Shown: one piece after another, positions 12,865-24,400 of the stretch
Layout of the letters: each line of letters starts with the position of its first letter
Numbering within the stretch: position 1 is the first letter of the stretch
Assembly: GCA_002269645.1 (NCBI GenBank)
Contig: NIVC01003887.1
Location: 1 to 64,000, forward strand
DNA from: Macrostomum lignano
Lineage: Eukaryota
Reading direction: 5' to 3'
DNA length: 64,000 bases
Program-made: the position numbers and the translations under genes
Notes under the pieces: generated by a model
Told to the model about the DNA's origin: nothing
Database searches by the model: none
The model's input: only the letters and a program-made list of their open reading frames with translations

Positions 12865-14410
12865 GTTTGCCATGCTCAGTGGTGGCTGCAAGAGGAGAAA
12901 GCTGGACTTGTCCATCGATCGCCTTTCTGCAGCTTCTGCTGGGCGATGACAGCATGGCATTCACCACCATCAACACACCGAGGGGCTCTTCCAGTTCAGC
13001 CGCATGCCATTCGGAATCAAGCGCACCACAGTGATTTTCCAAAGGACACTGGACTCCCGATCTTGAGACCGTCCAAGTGTTCGTCGATAACATCCTTGTC
13101 ATAGTCAAGTCGCTGCAGGAGCACAAGAATAATCTGACAGAAGTTCTGCGGCGCCTGCTGGAGTCCGGAGTCCGCCTGAACAAACAGAAGTCCCAATCCT
13201 TCATTGATTGCACACAGACCACTAAAGGACCAGGTCGCGGTTGTGTAAGACGCCCCGGCGCCCAATGACGTCAGTCAGCTGCGCTCCTTCTTCGGCATGC
13301 TGACACAGTAAGGCCGGTTTCTGCCTAACCTGTCTACCGTGGTGGCGCCTCTCAACCAGCTGCTGGCCAAGGATGTCCAGTGGAACCGGGGCCTGCCTCA
13401 GCAGAATGCGTTCAGCGAGGCCAAGAAGCTTCTGCTAGAAGCCAGTGCTCTTCCACTACAACCCGGAGCTGACTCTGCGGCTGGAATGTGATGCCTCACC
13501 CTGCGGTGTCGGCAACTAGGACCCGTGTCCTGACGAAGTCGGTGTTCGCTAGCCTCAACTCAGCTCAGCGCGGCTACTCTCAGCTCGACAAGGAGGCACT
13601 AGCAATCATCTTCGGGCTGCACCGGTTTCACCAGTTGCTTTACGGTCGCATGTTTACCATCGTCACTGACCATCCTGCCACTGCTCGAGCTGCTCTGCGA
13701 GCTCAAGGGCATCCAGACGAACACTGCTGCCCGGCCGGTCAGCTACGACTGCTCACTCGAGTTCCGGCTGTCGTAGAAGCATGCCAACTACGATTCGCTG
13801 TCACGACTGTCGCTGCCTCAGCAGTTCGAAGAAGAGGCGACCGTCAATTTTCTGCTGCTCGACGAAGACACGGATTCGTCTATCATCATTCGTCTAGACA
13901 GTGGCGCGGCGCACACAGATCAAGGCTGTAGGGCACCTGAGTCGCGGTATCGATAGCTGGTGCTCCGTGAAATTCATCATGATATTAATCAGCCATCTGC
14001 CTGATGCGCGCTCTGGCCAGAAGCTGGCGTCTGGTGGCCGAACGTCGACAAGGATCTCGAGGCTGCTGTCAAAGCCTGTGGCACCTGTCAGCTCAACCAA
14101 CCGGAACCTTTCGAGGCCCCCATGCAGCCAAGGTCGTTACCTACCGAGCCGCGTGAGCGGCTGCATATAGACTTCGCGGTGATCTCGTGGTAGATGCGCA
14201 CACCAAGGGGCCAGAGATGCAGGTCATGAGCAGCGCTGCTATAGCTGTACAGATCAGCTGTCTGCAGATCTTCGCTCGTCTTGGTCTTTCAAGCACTCTG
14301 GTGTCGGAAAACCGGCATCCATTCACCTCCAAGTGCTGATTTGGCCGAAGTCGTCAAGGCCAACGGCATTCGGCACATTCTCTCAGCCCCGTCCCACCCA
14401 GCAAGCAGCT
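12865..14410 (+). mobile_element. Degenerate Ty3/gypsy pol (RT-RNase H-integrase) relic
   Basis: TINTPRGLFQFSRMPFG and FVDNILV...HKNNLTEVLRRL...GVRLNKQK (RT); FASLNSAQRGYSQLDKEALAIIFGLHRFHQLLYGRMFTIVTDH (RNase H); integrase pieces ending AEVVKANGIRH...PSHPAS. Many indels. Confidence 0.85.
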
Positions 14411-16190
14411 GGATTTGTTTTATTAGCGAATCTCGTCAACAGCGTTTTCAATTTGTCCAATTGCTCTATAATCCCATAATTCTATATCGAGTATTCCCAA
14501 AGAAATCAAAAAAATATGGTTGAAATATTTTGAAAATCTTTGAGCATAATAATTCTTTTACCTGCCGCTTGACCAATCCCTAATCAGGCACTTTCAGAAC
14601 AGAATTCTCCACAGCTTCAATAACCCCATTGATTCTATATGTAGTATCATCCCCAAAGAAATAGCAATGATTCATCATTCATTAATGATTATTCATTATA
14701 CGCATTATTCATTTTCAATTCGCATTCCTCAAACTGCATCTATTTTGCTGCCCAAAACCTGATCTCAACGACTTTCAACCATCAGTACAGGGTCCTCACC
14801 ATCTCAAAAAAATAATTTACAACAAAAATTTTCCCTCTTGTGCACAAATCCAAATACAGGAAAGAAGGGGTGCACTCGGTTCATGCGGCAGTTCTGGTGT
14901 TCTGGAGCTGCCATTGTGTCGTGGTATTTCTTGCACTTTTTCGTTTGCAATAGCTAAATGTACGCTCAATTAGGTTAGAATATTCATGCTGCTCATACGT
15001 GCAGCCCCCAATTATTGATCACACCACATTCACTCTTATCGCCAAACCCGATATTACGCTCAATCGTGTATTGTACGCTTTCACTTAATTTATAAATCTA
15101 TCGACCCAGAGCATCTCGCTCAAAAGGCCTTTTCGTTTTTTATCGTTTCTATAGCGCATCATATAGTTCGTCTTTCATATCGAGTTATTCTAGCAACCAT
15201 CTGGCTCGAAGTAAAGAATAAGGTTCCGAATATAAAATCTTATCTTTCACTTTTCTGAAATTACACATGCAAGCACTTTGAAAGTTGAAACTCAGTACTG
15301 TAAAATAAAACACGGAACTAAATTTGGCGTTTAGGTTGTTTCTTGTGAGCAATGCATTCATGATAACAAAAAAGGAACTGCTCACCAGTTCTAATAATTG
15401 CATTCAGCACATTTTCTCAGAGCCATTCCACACAGCGACCATCGGCCAGGCCACGATCGCATGCAGCAGCGGCAGCAACGGCAACTGCAGCTGCAGCAGC
15501 CAGTACGTCAATTCCAATCTCTCGAGGCCATGCAGAGCCGACGACAGCCAGCAATCGCTGAGCTGAGAGAGTCGTTATTGCACACCTGACGCTTGAAACT
15601 GCACTGTCGATTCTGGGCGCACCGTGCAGGCCCGGCACACGGACCATGCAGCTGCTAGCGGGCCCAGTCCAGATTTGCTAAAAACTTCCCAGTTCCCCGT
15701 TCATTCAGATCCACCGACTGTCTCTGCGGCAACTGACGCATCTGCAGCATTACCGCCACGCCGCCAACACGTGTTACGAATTATAATCTACGAGCGTACG
15801 GGGCTCCGGACAGTTTTAGGTCGCCGATTCGGAGACTGCAAACGGGCTGGGATCTCCGACCGGAGACCTTAAAGGGTTTAGGATCGCCTTCGGAGACTAC
15901 AAAAGGTTATGGGTCTCCGCGGGAGATCCGTATCTATTGTGGGATCTCCGGGGCATGGTCAGTTCTCCCCATCCGGAGATCCTAAACCAGATTCTGTTGT
16001 CCCCAGGAGATTCTGCACCGTTTGCCAATCTTCGTCACGAGTTCAAAACTAAGCTTTGATCAGGATCTCCGGGTACCGATACCGATCTCCCATTTTATCA
16101 AGTCGGAAATCGTAATCTCTAGTATGTGCATGCACCCAGTGTGAGTATTGATTCGTATTTGTACTTTCTTATTATTTCTTTATCTCTTAT

Positions 16191-16455
16191 TGTCGTGCCG
16201 TGAACTTGGCATAAAGAAACTCAAGGTTTATTTTAACTAGCAAGTAGCTTATTAAATAATGACACGAGCAAGGGCCGAGAGAACACCGAAATAAAGTCAC
16301 GTGATGATAAATAACTACGTACAAGTACATGGCGGCTTAGGGGATGGCCAGTCAGAGCGAAGGGAGAGGAAAGAATGGTGTGCACGTACGATGCACGTAC
16401 ATAGCATAAGCTAGTTAGTTAGCCAGTGCCTAGAGCTCAGCGCTCCGGCACCACA
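16191..16455 (-). repeat. 3' LTR
   Basis: Direct repeat of 20253-20517; AATAAA on the - strand at about 16227-16232. Confidence 0.95.
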
Positions 16456-16463
16456 TCCCGTCA

Positions 16464-19400
16464 TCACCAACGAGCTGTCAAGCGGTCAGGAGGAACGCCC
16501 TTGTTGCCGCGCTGGCTCCTCCTGAGCCCCGTATCAGCCGTATCGAGCTCACCGGCTTGAGGATGCTCAACAGTCGCTGACTCTCCCGAATCGTTGGTCG
16601 GCGCCTCCGATACGTTGAGCTCCGGACAGCCTCCTTCGGCCTCCGACCCGGCCGCGGCCAGCAGTGGGCGAAGCTGGTCCCTGTGCGCCAGGACGGGCCG
16701 GTCCGACTCGGTCCGGGTGACGATCGCCGTGTTGTGCCCGGCCTGCACGACGAACTCAGCAAGCTCGGGCTGTGCGCTTTGACGAGCTTGGTAAACGACC
16801 GGGGCGTCCGTCTCGAAGGTCAGCGTCAACGGGCTTCTCAGCTGCCGACCCATCAGCGCTGAGGGGCTGCCTCGGCCGTCACTACGTGGAGTCGCTCGGT
16901 AGTTCAGCAGGAGCTTGGCCAGGTATGCGTCAAATGGTCCTAGATGAGCTGCAAACGCCTTGAGTCCTCGCTTGACAGTCTGCACCATCCGCTCGGCGCA
17001 GCCATTGGACTGCGGGTGGTACGGCGGCGTGAAGAGCTGATTGCAGCCGATCCGCTTTAGCCAGCCTTGAAGCTCCTGATCGTGGAACTCTGGTGCGTTG
17101 TCGGACACCAGAGTGTGCGGCACGCCTTGCCTCGCGAAGATGGCCCGTAGAACTCGAATCACCGTCCTCGCGCTCTTGTCTGCCACGTGCACGGCTTCCG
17201 GCCAGCCAGAGAAAGCATCAACCAGCACCAGAATCAGGCCGACTCCCGACACGTGAGCATGGTCCATGTGCACCCGCTTCCAAGGCGTCTCCTCGGTAGG
17301 CCACGTGTGCACCGCGCGATTGGGCAGTGGTCGGATCCTCGTACATGTCGCGCACTGCTTCACAAACCGCTCAACATCATCGCAGTGCCCCGGCCACCAT
17401 GCTTCGCGTTTGAGTCGATTTCGCGTCGCCAGCGCTCCACTGTGGGTCACTCCGTGAGCCGCTTGCAGCATTTTACTACGGACCGTGGCAGGCGGGACCA
17501 GCAGGTCTCCGCAGCATACGATGCCGTCTTCGATCGTCAACTGATGACGGACAGCCTTGAACGGACGCTCTGCAGCCGAGCAGTTGGACCAGACATTCTT
17601 CTGGATCCGGCGCTTGATGCTCTTGAGCACTGGGTCGATGTCTGTTCCCTGGCGGATTTCCTCAAGCCTCAACAGGTCAGTCTCGGTCCAGTGGATGAAG
17701 CCACCATCGCCACTAGAATCGCCGTCATCGTTGCTCTCGAATGGCATCCGGGACATGGCATCCACGTGAGGGATGCTGTTGCCCTTGACGTAGGCGATGT
17801 CGAAGTCGAACGCGGCAAGCTGACTGGCCCACCGCATGATCCGCGCCGAAGTCACCTTGGGAAGCTCCCGACTGGGTCCGAAGATAAATTCCAGTGGCTG
17901 GTGGTCGCACTGAAGCAGGAATTTCTTGCCCAATAGAAAGCGCTTTGCTCGCTGAGTTGCCCAGACGACCGCCAGAGCCTCCCGCTCGATGTTGGAATAG
18001 TTGCGCTCGGCGGGTGAGAGGCGCCTTGACAGGTACAGCACCGGGTGGCCGTCTTGGCTGAGGATTCCCGATACTGCGGACTCGCTGGCATCTGTCGTCA
18101 GGGTGGTCAGCTTCCTGGGATCGAATATGCGGATAACCGGGTACACCGCCAAGGCTCGCTTGAGGTCTTCGAAAGCTTTTTGCTGCTCCAGGCCCCACAC
18201 AAAGCTGGACTTCTGACTCCTCAAAGCAGTCAAGGGCTCAATCTTCTCCGAGTAGGCCTGGATGTAGCGCGCATAATAGTTGGTGAGCCCCAGAAACGAC
18301 TCCAGCTCCTTCCTCGTCGTGGGCGGCTTGACCTTCTGGATCTTCTCCACCAGCTTCTTGTCTGGCCGAACTCCATCCGCTGAGATGCGATACCCCAGGA
18401 AGCAGATCTCGGTGCTTCGAAAGACGCACTTCTCATGGTTAATCTCCATGCCAGCCTCTTTGAGGGTGCTGAGCAAGTGCTTCACTTTGGCATCCAGCTC
18501 AACTTCTGTCGGAGCGCCCACGCAAATGTCGTCTTGATAGATCACCATGTTCGACACCGCGTCGCCAATAGTGGCCTCCATGGCTGCCTGAAATTGGGCA
18601 CTGGCTGTCTTGACACCGTAGGGCATTCTCGTCCACCGCAGCAGGCCGATCGGCGTATTGATTGTGAGCACTTCCCTTGCGTTCTCATCCAGCTCGATCT
18701 GGTTGTAGGCATTTGTCAAGTCGACGGTGGCGAAGTGGGTCATCCCGGCCAGGGCGCAGAAGGCGGACTCAATGTTGGGCAGCGGGTAGGAGTCGGCGCA
18801 GATCTTGGGGTTGACTCCTATCTTGTAGTCCGAGCAGACTCGCAGATCATTGTTCGGTTTGCGCACGACCACAATTGGTGAGGCCCACCGGCTGCCTCCG
18901 GGTGGTACCGGCTCCAGAATCCCGCTCTGCACCATCTTCCGCAGCTTCTCGATGACCAGCGGCTTCATGTGGATTGGTACCTGACGGGCCTCGAAATAGC
19001 TTGGCTGCGCATTATCTTTTAAGACAATCCGAGCCCTGAAGCCCCGCAGCTTGCCTAGCGGGGGTGTCACCTCTGCGTGGTTGATGGCAACTCCGTCGAG
19101 CTTGAAGTCCAAAGCATCGGTGCCCAGCAGTCCATGGTTCTTCTCGCACGCGGCCACAGTAACCTCGATGCAGGCAACTCTGTCGCTGAGCTCTACTACC
19201 GCTAAGAAGCAACCGAGGGTCTTGATGACAGACCCATCGAACTGGCGAAGCTGCCTGGGACACCGCTTGAGCCGAGGTTCACCCAAGGCTTTCCAAAAGT
19301 TCTTGGGGATGATGCTGGCGTCTGATCCAGAATCGAGCTGCATCGCCAGGAGCTTACCGTCCAGCTTCACATTCTTGATGCTGCTCGTCTTGCTCTTATT

Positions 19401-20252
19401 CGTGCTGCTGACGGTGAAGACTGGGTTGCCTTCCGGTTCCTCTGTCTCGATCTCGTGTGCCGACTTGTTCTGGGAGCTGCTTTTGCACACGGCTGCGAAG
19501 TGGTTGCGGCGTCCGCACTTCGCGCACGTCTTGCCCCAGGCTGGACATCGACCACTTGGGTGCTTTTGGCCACAGAACTTGCACTGCTTTCCGGCACTTC
19601 GGTTCTTGTCTACGCTGGCGATGGCTGCTGGGGCTGGCTGCTCAGCCGGGGTGCTGGAGCTGGTCGATGACTGCTTAACCTGATCGGAGCAGCTGTACTG
19701 CTGAATGAGTTCCAGCTGTTGAACGTATTCAACGCAGGTATCCAACTTCACAGCTGCGGCAGCGCTCTGGATGAACTCGAGAGTCTTGGCTCGATGCTGC
19801 ATGTTCTGCAGTCCGCTGATCAGCATCGTCTGAATGAGCTCATCCTCGGCAGTCTGATGGCAGCCCTCAGCGTTCAGCTTGCTGAATTCGCAGAACCTGG
19901 AGGCATCCCTGAGGCGCTGTGCGAATTGTTGAGTCGATTCGCCGGTCTCTTGTCGAAGTGCCATGAATTTGGACCTCTCCGCAATGACCAGCCTCTTCTT
20001 GGGTGCTACCTTCTCCATGATCAGTTTGCGAATGTCTGCGAAGTCCATGTTCTCCAGTTCCTTGGGCTGCGCCATGACAGACACTCTGCGGACTGCCTCG
20101 ACTCCCGCCTTGGACAGGAAGAGGTCAGTAATCTGGCGATCTTCATTGGAGTCCGTCAGCTTCTTGCTTCGACTGAGTGCGGCGAAACTCCTGAGCCATG
20201 CCTCAGTCATGGCTGGATCGTTTAGTGGCAGGTCACTTGCTTGCGACGCCAT
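16464..20252 (-). CDS. Gag-Pol polyprotein, 1262 aa
   Basis: Zinc knuckles (CKFCGQKH...C and CAKCGRRNHFAAVC), aspartic protease LDSGS, RT YQDD, RNase H TTDAS, integrase HHCC plus D-D-E (HMDHA, SDNAPEF, AERMV). Domain order PR-RT-RH-INT is Ty3/gypsy. Confidence 0.97.
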   Translation of the reverse strand: MASQASDLPLNDPAMTEAWLRSFAALSRSKKLTDSNEDRQITDLFLSKAGVEAVRRVSVMAQPKELENMDFADIRKLIMEKVAPKKRLVIAERSKFMALRQETGESTQQFAQRLRDASRFCEFSKLNAEGCHQTAEDELIQTMLISGLQNMQHRAKTLEFIQSAAAAVKLDTCVEYVQQLELIQQYSCSDQVKQSSTSSSTPAEQPAPAAIASVDKNRSAGKQCKFCGQKHPSGRCPAWGKTCAKCGRRNHFAAVCKSSSQNKSAHEIETEEPEGNPVFTVSSTNKSKTSSIKNVKLDGKLLAMQLDSGSDASIIPKNFWKALGEPRLKRCPRQLRQFDGSVIKTLGCFLAVVELSDRVACIEVTVAACEKNHGLLGTDALDFKLDGVAINHAEVTPPLGKLRGFRARIVLKDNAQPSYFEARQVPIHMKPLVIEKLRKMVQSGILEPVPPGGSRWASPIVVVRKPNNDLRVCSDYKIGVNPKICADSYPLPNIESAFCALAGMTHFATVDLTNAYNQIELDENAREVLTINTPIGLLRWTRMPYGVKTASAQFQAAMEATIGDAVSNMVIYQDDICVGAPTEVELDAKVKHLLSTLKEAGMEINHEKCVFRSTEICFLGYRISADGVRPDKKLVEKIQKVKPPTTRKELESFLGLTNYYARYIQAYSEKIEPLTALRSQKSSFVWGLEQQKAFEDLKRALAVYPVIRIFDPRKLTTLTTDASESAVSGILSQDGHPVLYLSRRLSPAERNYSNIEREALAVVWATQRAKRFLLGKKFLLQCDHQPLEFIFGPSRELPKVTSARIMRWASQLAAFDFDIAYVKGNSIPHVDAMSRMPFESNDDGDSSGDGGFIHWTETDLLRLEEIRQGTDIDPVLKSIKRRIQKNVWSNCSAAERPFKAVRHQLTIEDGIVCCGDLLVPPATVRSKMLQAAHGVTHSGALATRNRLKREAWWPGHCDDVERFVKQCATCTRIRPLPNRAVHTWPTEETPWKRVHMDHAHVSGVGLILVLVDAFSGWPEAVHVADKSARTVIRVLRAIFARQGVPHTLVSDNAPEFHDQELQGWLKRIGCNQLFTPPYHPQSNGCAERMVQTVKRGLKAFAAHLGPFDAYLAKLLLNYRATPRSDGRGSPSALMGRQLRSPLTLTFETDAPVVYQARQSAQPELAEFVVQAGHNTAIVTRTESDRPVLAHRDQLRPLLAAAGSEAEGGCPELNVSEAPTNDSGESATVEHPQAGELDTADTGLRRSQRGNKGVPPDRLTARW
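20240..20251 (-). promoter_or_regulatory. Primer-binding site (TGGCGTCGCAAG), probably tRNA-Ser-type
   Basis: Starts with TGG one base after the 5' LTR; complementary to a tRNA 3' end ...GACGCCA. The tRNA identity is an inference. Confidence 0.75.
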
Positions 20253-20517
20253 TGTCGTGCCGTGAACTTGGCATAAAGAAACTCAAGGTTTATTTTAACT
20301 AGCAAGTAGCTTATTAAATAATGACACGAGCAAGGGCCGAGAGAACACCGAAATAAAGTCACGTGATGATAAATAACTACGTACAAGTACATGGCGGCTT
20401 AGGGGATGGCCAGTCAGAGCGAAGGGAGAGGAAAGAATGGTGTGCACGTACGATGCACGTACATAGCATAAGCTAGTTAGTTAGCCAGTGCCTAGAGCTC
20501 AGCGCTCCGGCACCACA
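20253..20517 (-). repeat. 5' LTR
   Basis: Direct repeat of 16191-16455. Confidence 0.95.
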
Positions 20518-21479
20518 CTTATTATCTACGCAAGCTTGGCACGTTAGGTTTGAGTTATTGTCAATTGAGTTATGGGCAATCTGTGTACGCTTAAATTATG
20601 TCATCGCTCTTGCGCACGTAGCATCGCTTTACAATATAAATACAGACATCAGAGCTTTGATAGCTCTCACGTGTTCTTCTACCACTTTAAACAAGCAGCA
20701 TAGCTGATCTATCACACTCCGGAGAACAGAAACTCAAACACCGACGACAGCGGAGAACCGTGGAGGCTCCACCATGCGGCAGTACCAAACTCGAGTTGGT
20801 GCATCACCAGACAGGCTACAACAAAATGGAGGATATGATATTAGTGCGTACGCACTTTCGCTTAAGAACTGGTTTCGATGGCCAAAGTGCTGCGTCAAGA
20901 AGTTGCTGCCAAGCCAGGAAGGTGAAGATAAACCACACAGTAATTAAAAACGCAGCCACAGAAATGAGCTGGATTTGCTTTTTTACTTAAAACTTTCGAC
21001 AACAGCGTTTTAGGATATCACACAAAAATATGAGTCAAATCACAAACCGAATTTCTTTCAATGAATAAAATGAATAATTAATAAAACATTTGGGATTAAT
21101 TCATTTCAGCTTTGATACCTTCAATTGATAATTTTTAATCTCTTTAAAAAATCACTCAATATTGCTAACTACTTTCTCGTTTAATCTGACTGCACACTCA
21201 GGGCTCAATCTGATTCACGCCTGCTCAATGCACTACTAACTCAAGTAGCCACGCACTGATATTGCAGCAGTTCTGCTGTTACCTCAGAGCCAATGGGAGA
21301 GGCAGAAAGCTGGGCAGAGGCGACCGCACAAGCCAGCAAAAGCAGCCGCAATCTGAGCAGGCAGTTTGAGAAGGAGTTCGCTGCAGCTGCTCCAGGGCCA
21401 ATAAAATCTGCTGCAGAGGCGGCCGGTGCCCTGCCGGACTCTCGGGCTGAGCTGAGACACCTGCGACTGAGCTCCAGTC

Positions 21480-24400
21480 ATGATGGAGCCATGGATATTA
21501 CCATTTCCTGACGAAAAAGTAAGTAGAGTTAAGTTAAGCAAATGCAAGCTTAGTAATATTTTATTCTCAAATGCAGTTGCAGCAACTCACTCACATGTTT
21601 GAATGTGCAGCTTGGGTGCCTCAATTGCAGTTGCAGAAACTCACTCAGCCGGACCCCAGCAACCGGCCAAGCGTCGGAGACTCAACAGCCGATCTCCACA
21701 CTCTCGCCCACGACGTCATCCGAGGTGACTTCGGCCAGGTACGGCGGCTGGCAACGCGCCAGCTGGTCACCAGCGCTGATGCAGCTCATCAGACCGTCCT
21801 CATGCTGGTGGCCGACGCTCCTGAGACTCCCGTGCAGACTGAAAAAAGCATCTTGTACTTATTTGAGCTGGGCGCGAACCCTAAGGCGGCTGACGCGAAC
21901 GGCGACACGGCTGCGCACCTAGCAGCCCGACGGGACCACCTGCGGCTGCTGACGCTGCTGTCATTCGATTCGAAGTGGCTGCGGAACGACAACGGCGCCA
22001 CTCCGCTGATGGAGGCGTCGCGGACTGGAAGCTGGAAATGCGCCAAGCACCTGCTGCACCTGCTCAGGCAGTGGAGATTCAATGAGTACATAAATCACAG
22101 AAACTCGAAGAGGTCGCGGCTGCTCGGACTGAAAGATCCTGAGGGTCGGACGGCGTCGGACCTGGCGACGCTCAGCGGCCACTCGGAGCTGGCCAGCTAC
22201 ATCGAGCGGTGAGTGAGCAGTTCGCTGCTGTGTCCATCAAGTTTTGCAGCATTCGGCTGGGGTGGCCAGAGCTGCAGTCTCAGGCCAGCCAATCAGAGCC
22301 AGTCAGCTGAGCTTGTCTCTGACTGACTGCTTGATGGGCGAGAGCTGTGATTGGCTGGCTGCCTCCCAGCCAATGGGGTGCCGGTTGATCTCAGTCGAGA
22401 GTGGAAACTGTAGGGCCTCGGTGTGCAGTGAGAGTGTGTGGGTTGAGCTGCAGATGAAGAACTGAGAAGCTGCAGTGCATGAGTGCTTTGTGAAACATTT
22501 TGAGACTCGTGCTGCAGAAATTCAAAATGAGCTGTGTGTGAGAAGTGGGATGCGCTCTCGCCAATGCTAATTGTTTCAGAGATGCCCAGTCCTCTTTTAG
22601 ACTCCATCTGCGAGCAGCTCAATTAATTAGGAACTTCTGTTTACAAAATTTATCATGAAAATTAATTCTCTCGTACAACTTAAAATTTATTTTTAGCGAT
22701 CATAGTAGTTGTGAGAAAACTTTAAATTCGCTGCTCATTTTTGCTGTTGCAGGGAGATGCGGCTGGATGTAAAACGTTTTGGCGTAATTTCCGGACTGAC
22801 AGCCCAGGTGAGCGGCATCTGCGGTGCCGATGCGGCTGCAGCTGAGCAGCTGTGCTCAAATTTCTTGCTTGCCTTTGCAGGAGGAGGCGGATCGACAGAA
22901 ACTGCAGCGGCTGGCTGAGGCGGGCGACTCAGCGGGGCTGCGGCGAGCGGCGACCCACGGCAGCTGCGACCTGCCTGACAGTTTTGGTTCCACCGCACTG
23001 ATGTGGGCAGCTCACAACAGCTCGTGCGCTGATGAGGCTCTGTGGGAGAAGCTGGTGCAGCTGGGTGACCCCACGTTTGAGGATTTTCTATCTGACAGTT
23101 GCCTGCACCATGCAGCTAATGCTGGCAATTCTGCCGCAGCCTCCGCTCTGCTGGCTGCTGGAGCCTCCGTTAATGCCAAGAATCACTGTGAATACACACT
23201 CCTCATGGAGGCAGCGATTTTTGCACCCCCCGCCACCGCCGCCGCAGTCGGTCATGTTCTGCTGGACTCAGGGGCGGATTGGAGCCTGACGGACAATAGG
23301 GGAATGACTGCGCTGGATTTGGCCACACAGCAGCAAAATAGCGAACTGGCTGAGCTGCTGCGTGGGTGAGTTTCCATGGCGACATAGAATGTCTCTCTGA
23401 CTTTGATTTCTCACGGATAAAAATTATTGCCGTAATATATGATTGTGTTGTGAGCTGCGCCTCACAATGCGCTTGCCGCGACCCCTGCGCTCTCCGCCTC
23501 TCCTCTCCCTGCGGCTGGCTTATTCTGGCTTGCCCCCCCCCCCTCCGTCTTAAGCTGCTATTCTTCATTTTTTCCGTTTTCATTTTTATTAGTTGGAATC
23601 TTTTCGTCTCTCATCAGGCTAGTCCAATAATGTCTCTCGCCGCGGAGGCACCTGATTGGCTAGCCTTCCCCCTTCTTTCTCTCTCGAAGTTTAAATCTGT
23701 GAGTCCCCCCCCCAACCTCCATCCCTGTGTTGCTTAGCCCCACCCAGCCCCTTGCTCACCCAGTATTTATGTGTGCTGAATAGCAGCATCCTCATCCACA
23801 GTTCCTTCTTGCCGTAGGGCTGGACGAGTGCCTGTCCGCTCAAAGCCTCTCCAATTTCGCTTCGAAGTGTCTTTACGCCTCGGGGTCGCTTATCATACCC
23901 ACCAGGCTCTGGGCAGTCCAGCACCCGAACTCCAGCAGAAAAGACAACCCTTCAATATTGAGCAGCTGACTGCAGTTGCTCTGAGTGGGCATTTTTACAT
24001 TTTTGTTGTTTAAATGGGCAGCAGGGACTGACTGAGCTGCATTGAGGGATTTTACAGTGCAGTTTGACTGCAGATTGCCAGTTGAATATTAATTTTCAGC
24101 TGCCTGCGAGCTATGAGACACCAGCAAGTATTTTTCTGTGACATTTGAGTAAAACAGCAACCAGAGTATTTCTTTTTTGTTGCTTTTCTCTGCCTCACCA
24201 CTCACATGAGGTGGCTCTCACCTGAATTTCACTGACTTCAGACTCCGAACTGCCTATTTAGGTATGACGGCAAGATTTACTTCGACGAGCCTCTGGCAGT
24301 GCCGTGAGTTCCCACAGCTATACAGCACACACGGCTACAGCACACACAGCTACAGCACACACAACTACAGAACACACAGCTACAGCACACATAGCTACAG

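Larger units (their letters stand above)
16191..20517 (-). mobile_element. Full-length Ty3/gypsy (Mag-like) LTR retrotransposon, recently inserted
   Basis: Two 265-bp LTRs identical by eye with TG...CA ends, 5-bp TSD CTTAT (16186-16190 and 20518-20522), and a single uninterrupted gag-pol ORF. Confidence 0.97.

Noticed and set aside
16478-20265. Many antisense and alternate-frame ORFs over gag-pol
   Set aside because: Shadow ORFs of a GC-rich coding strand with no recognisable motifs.
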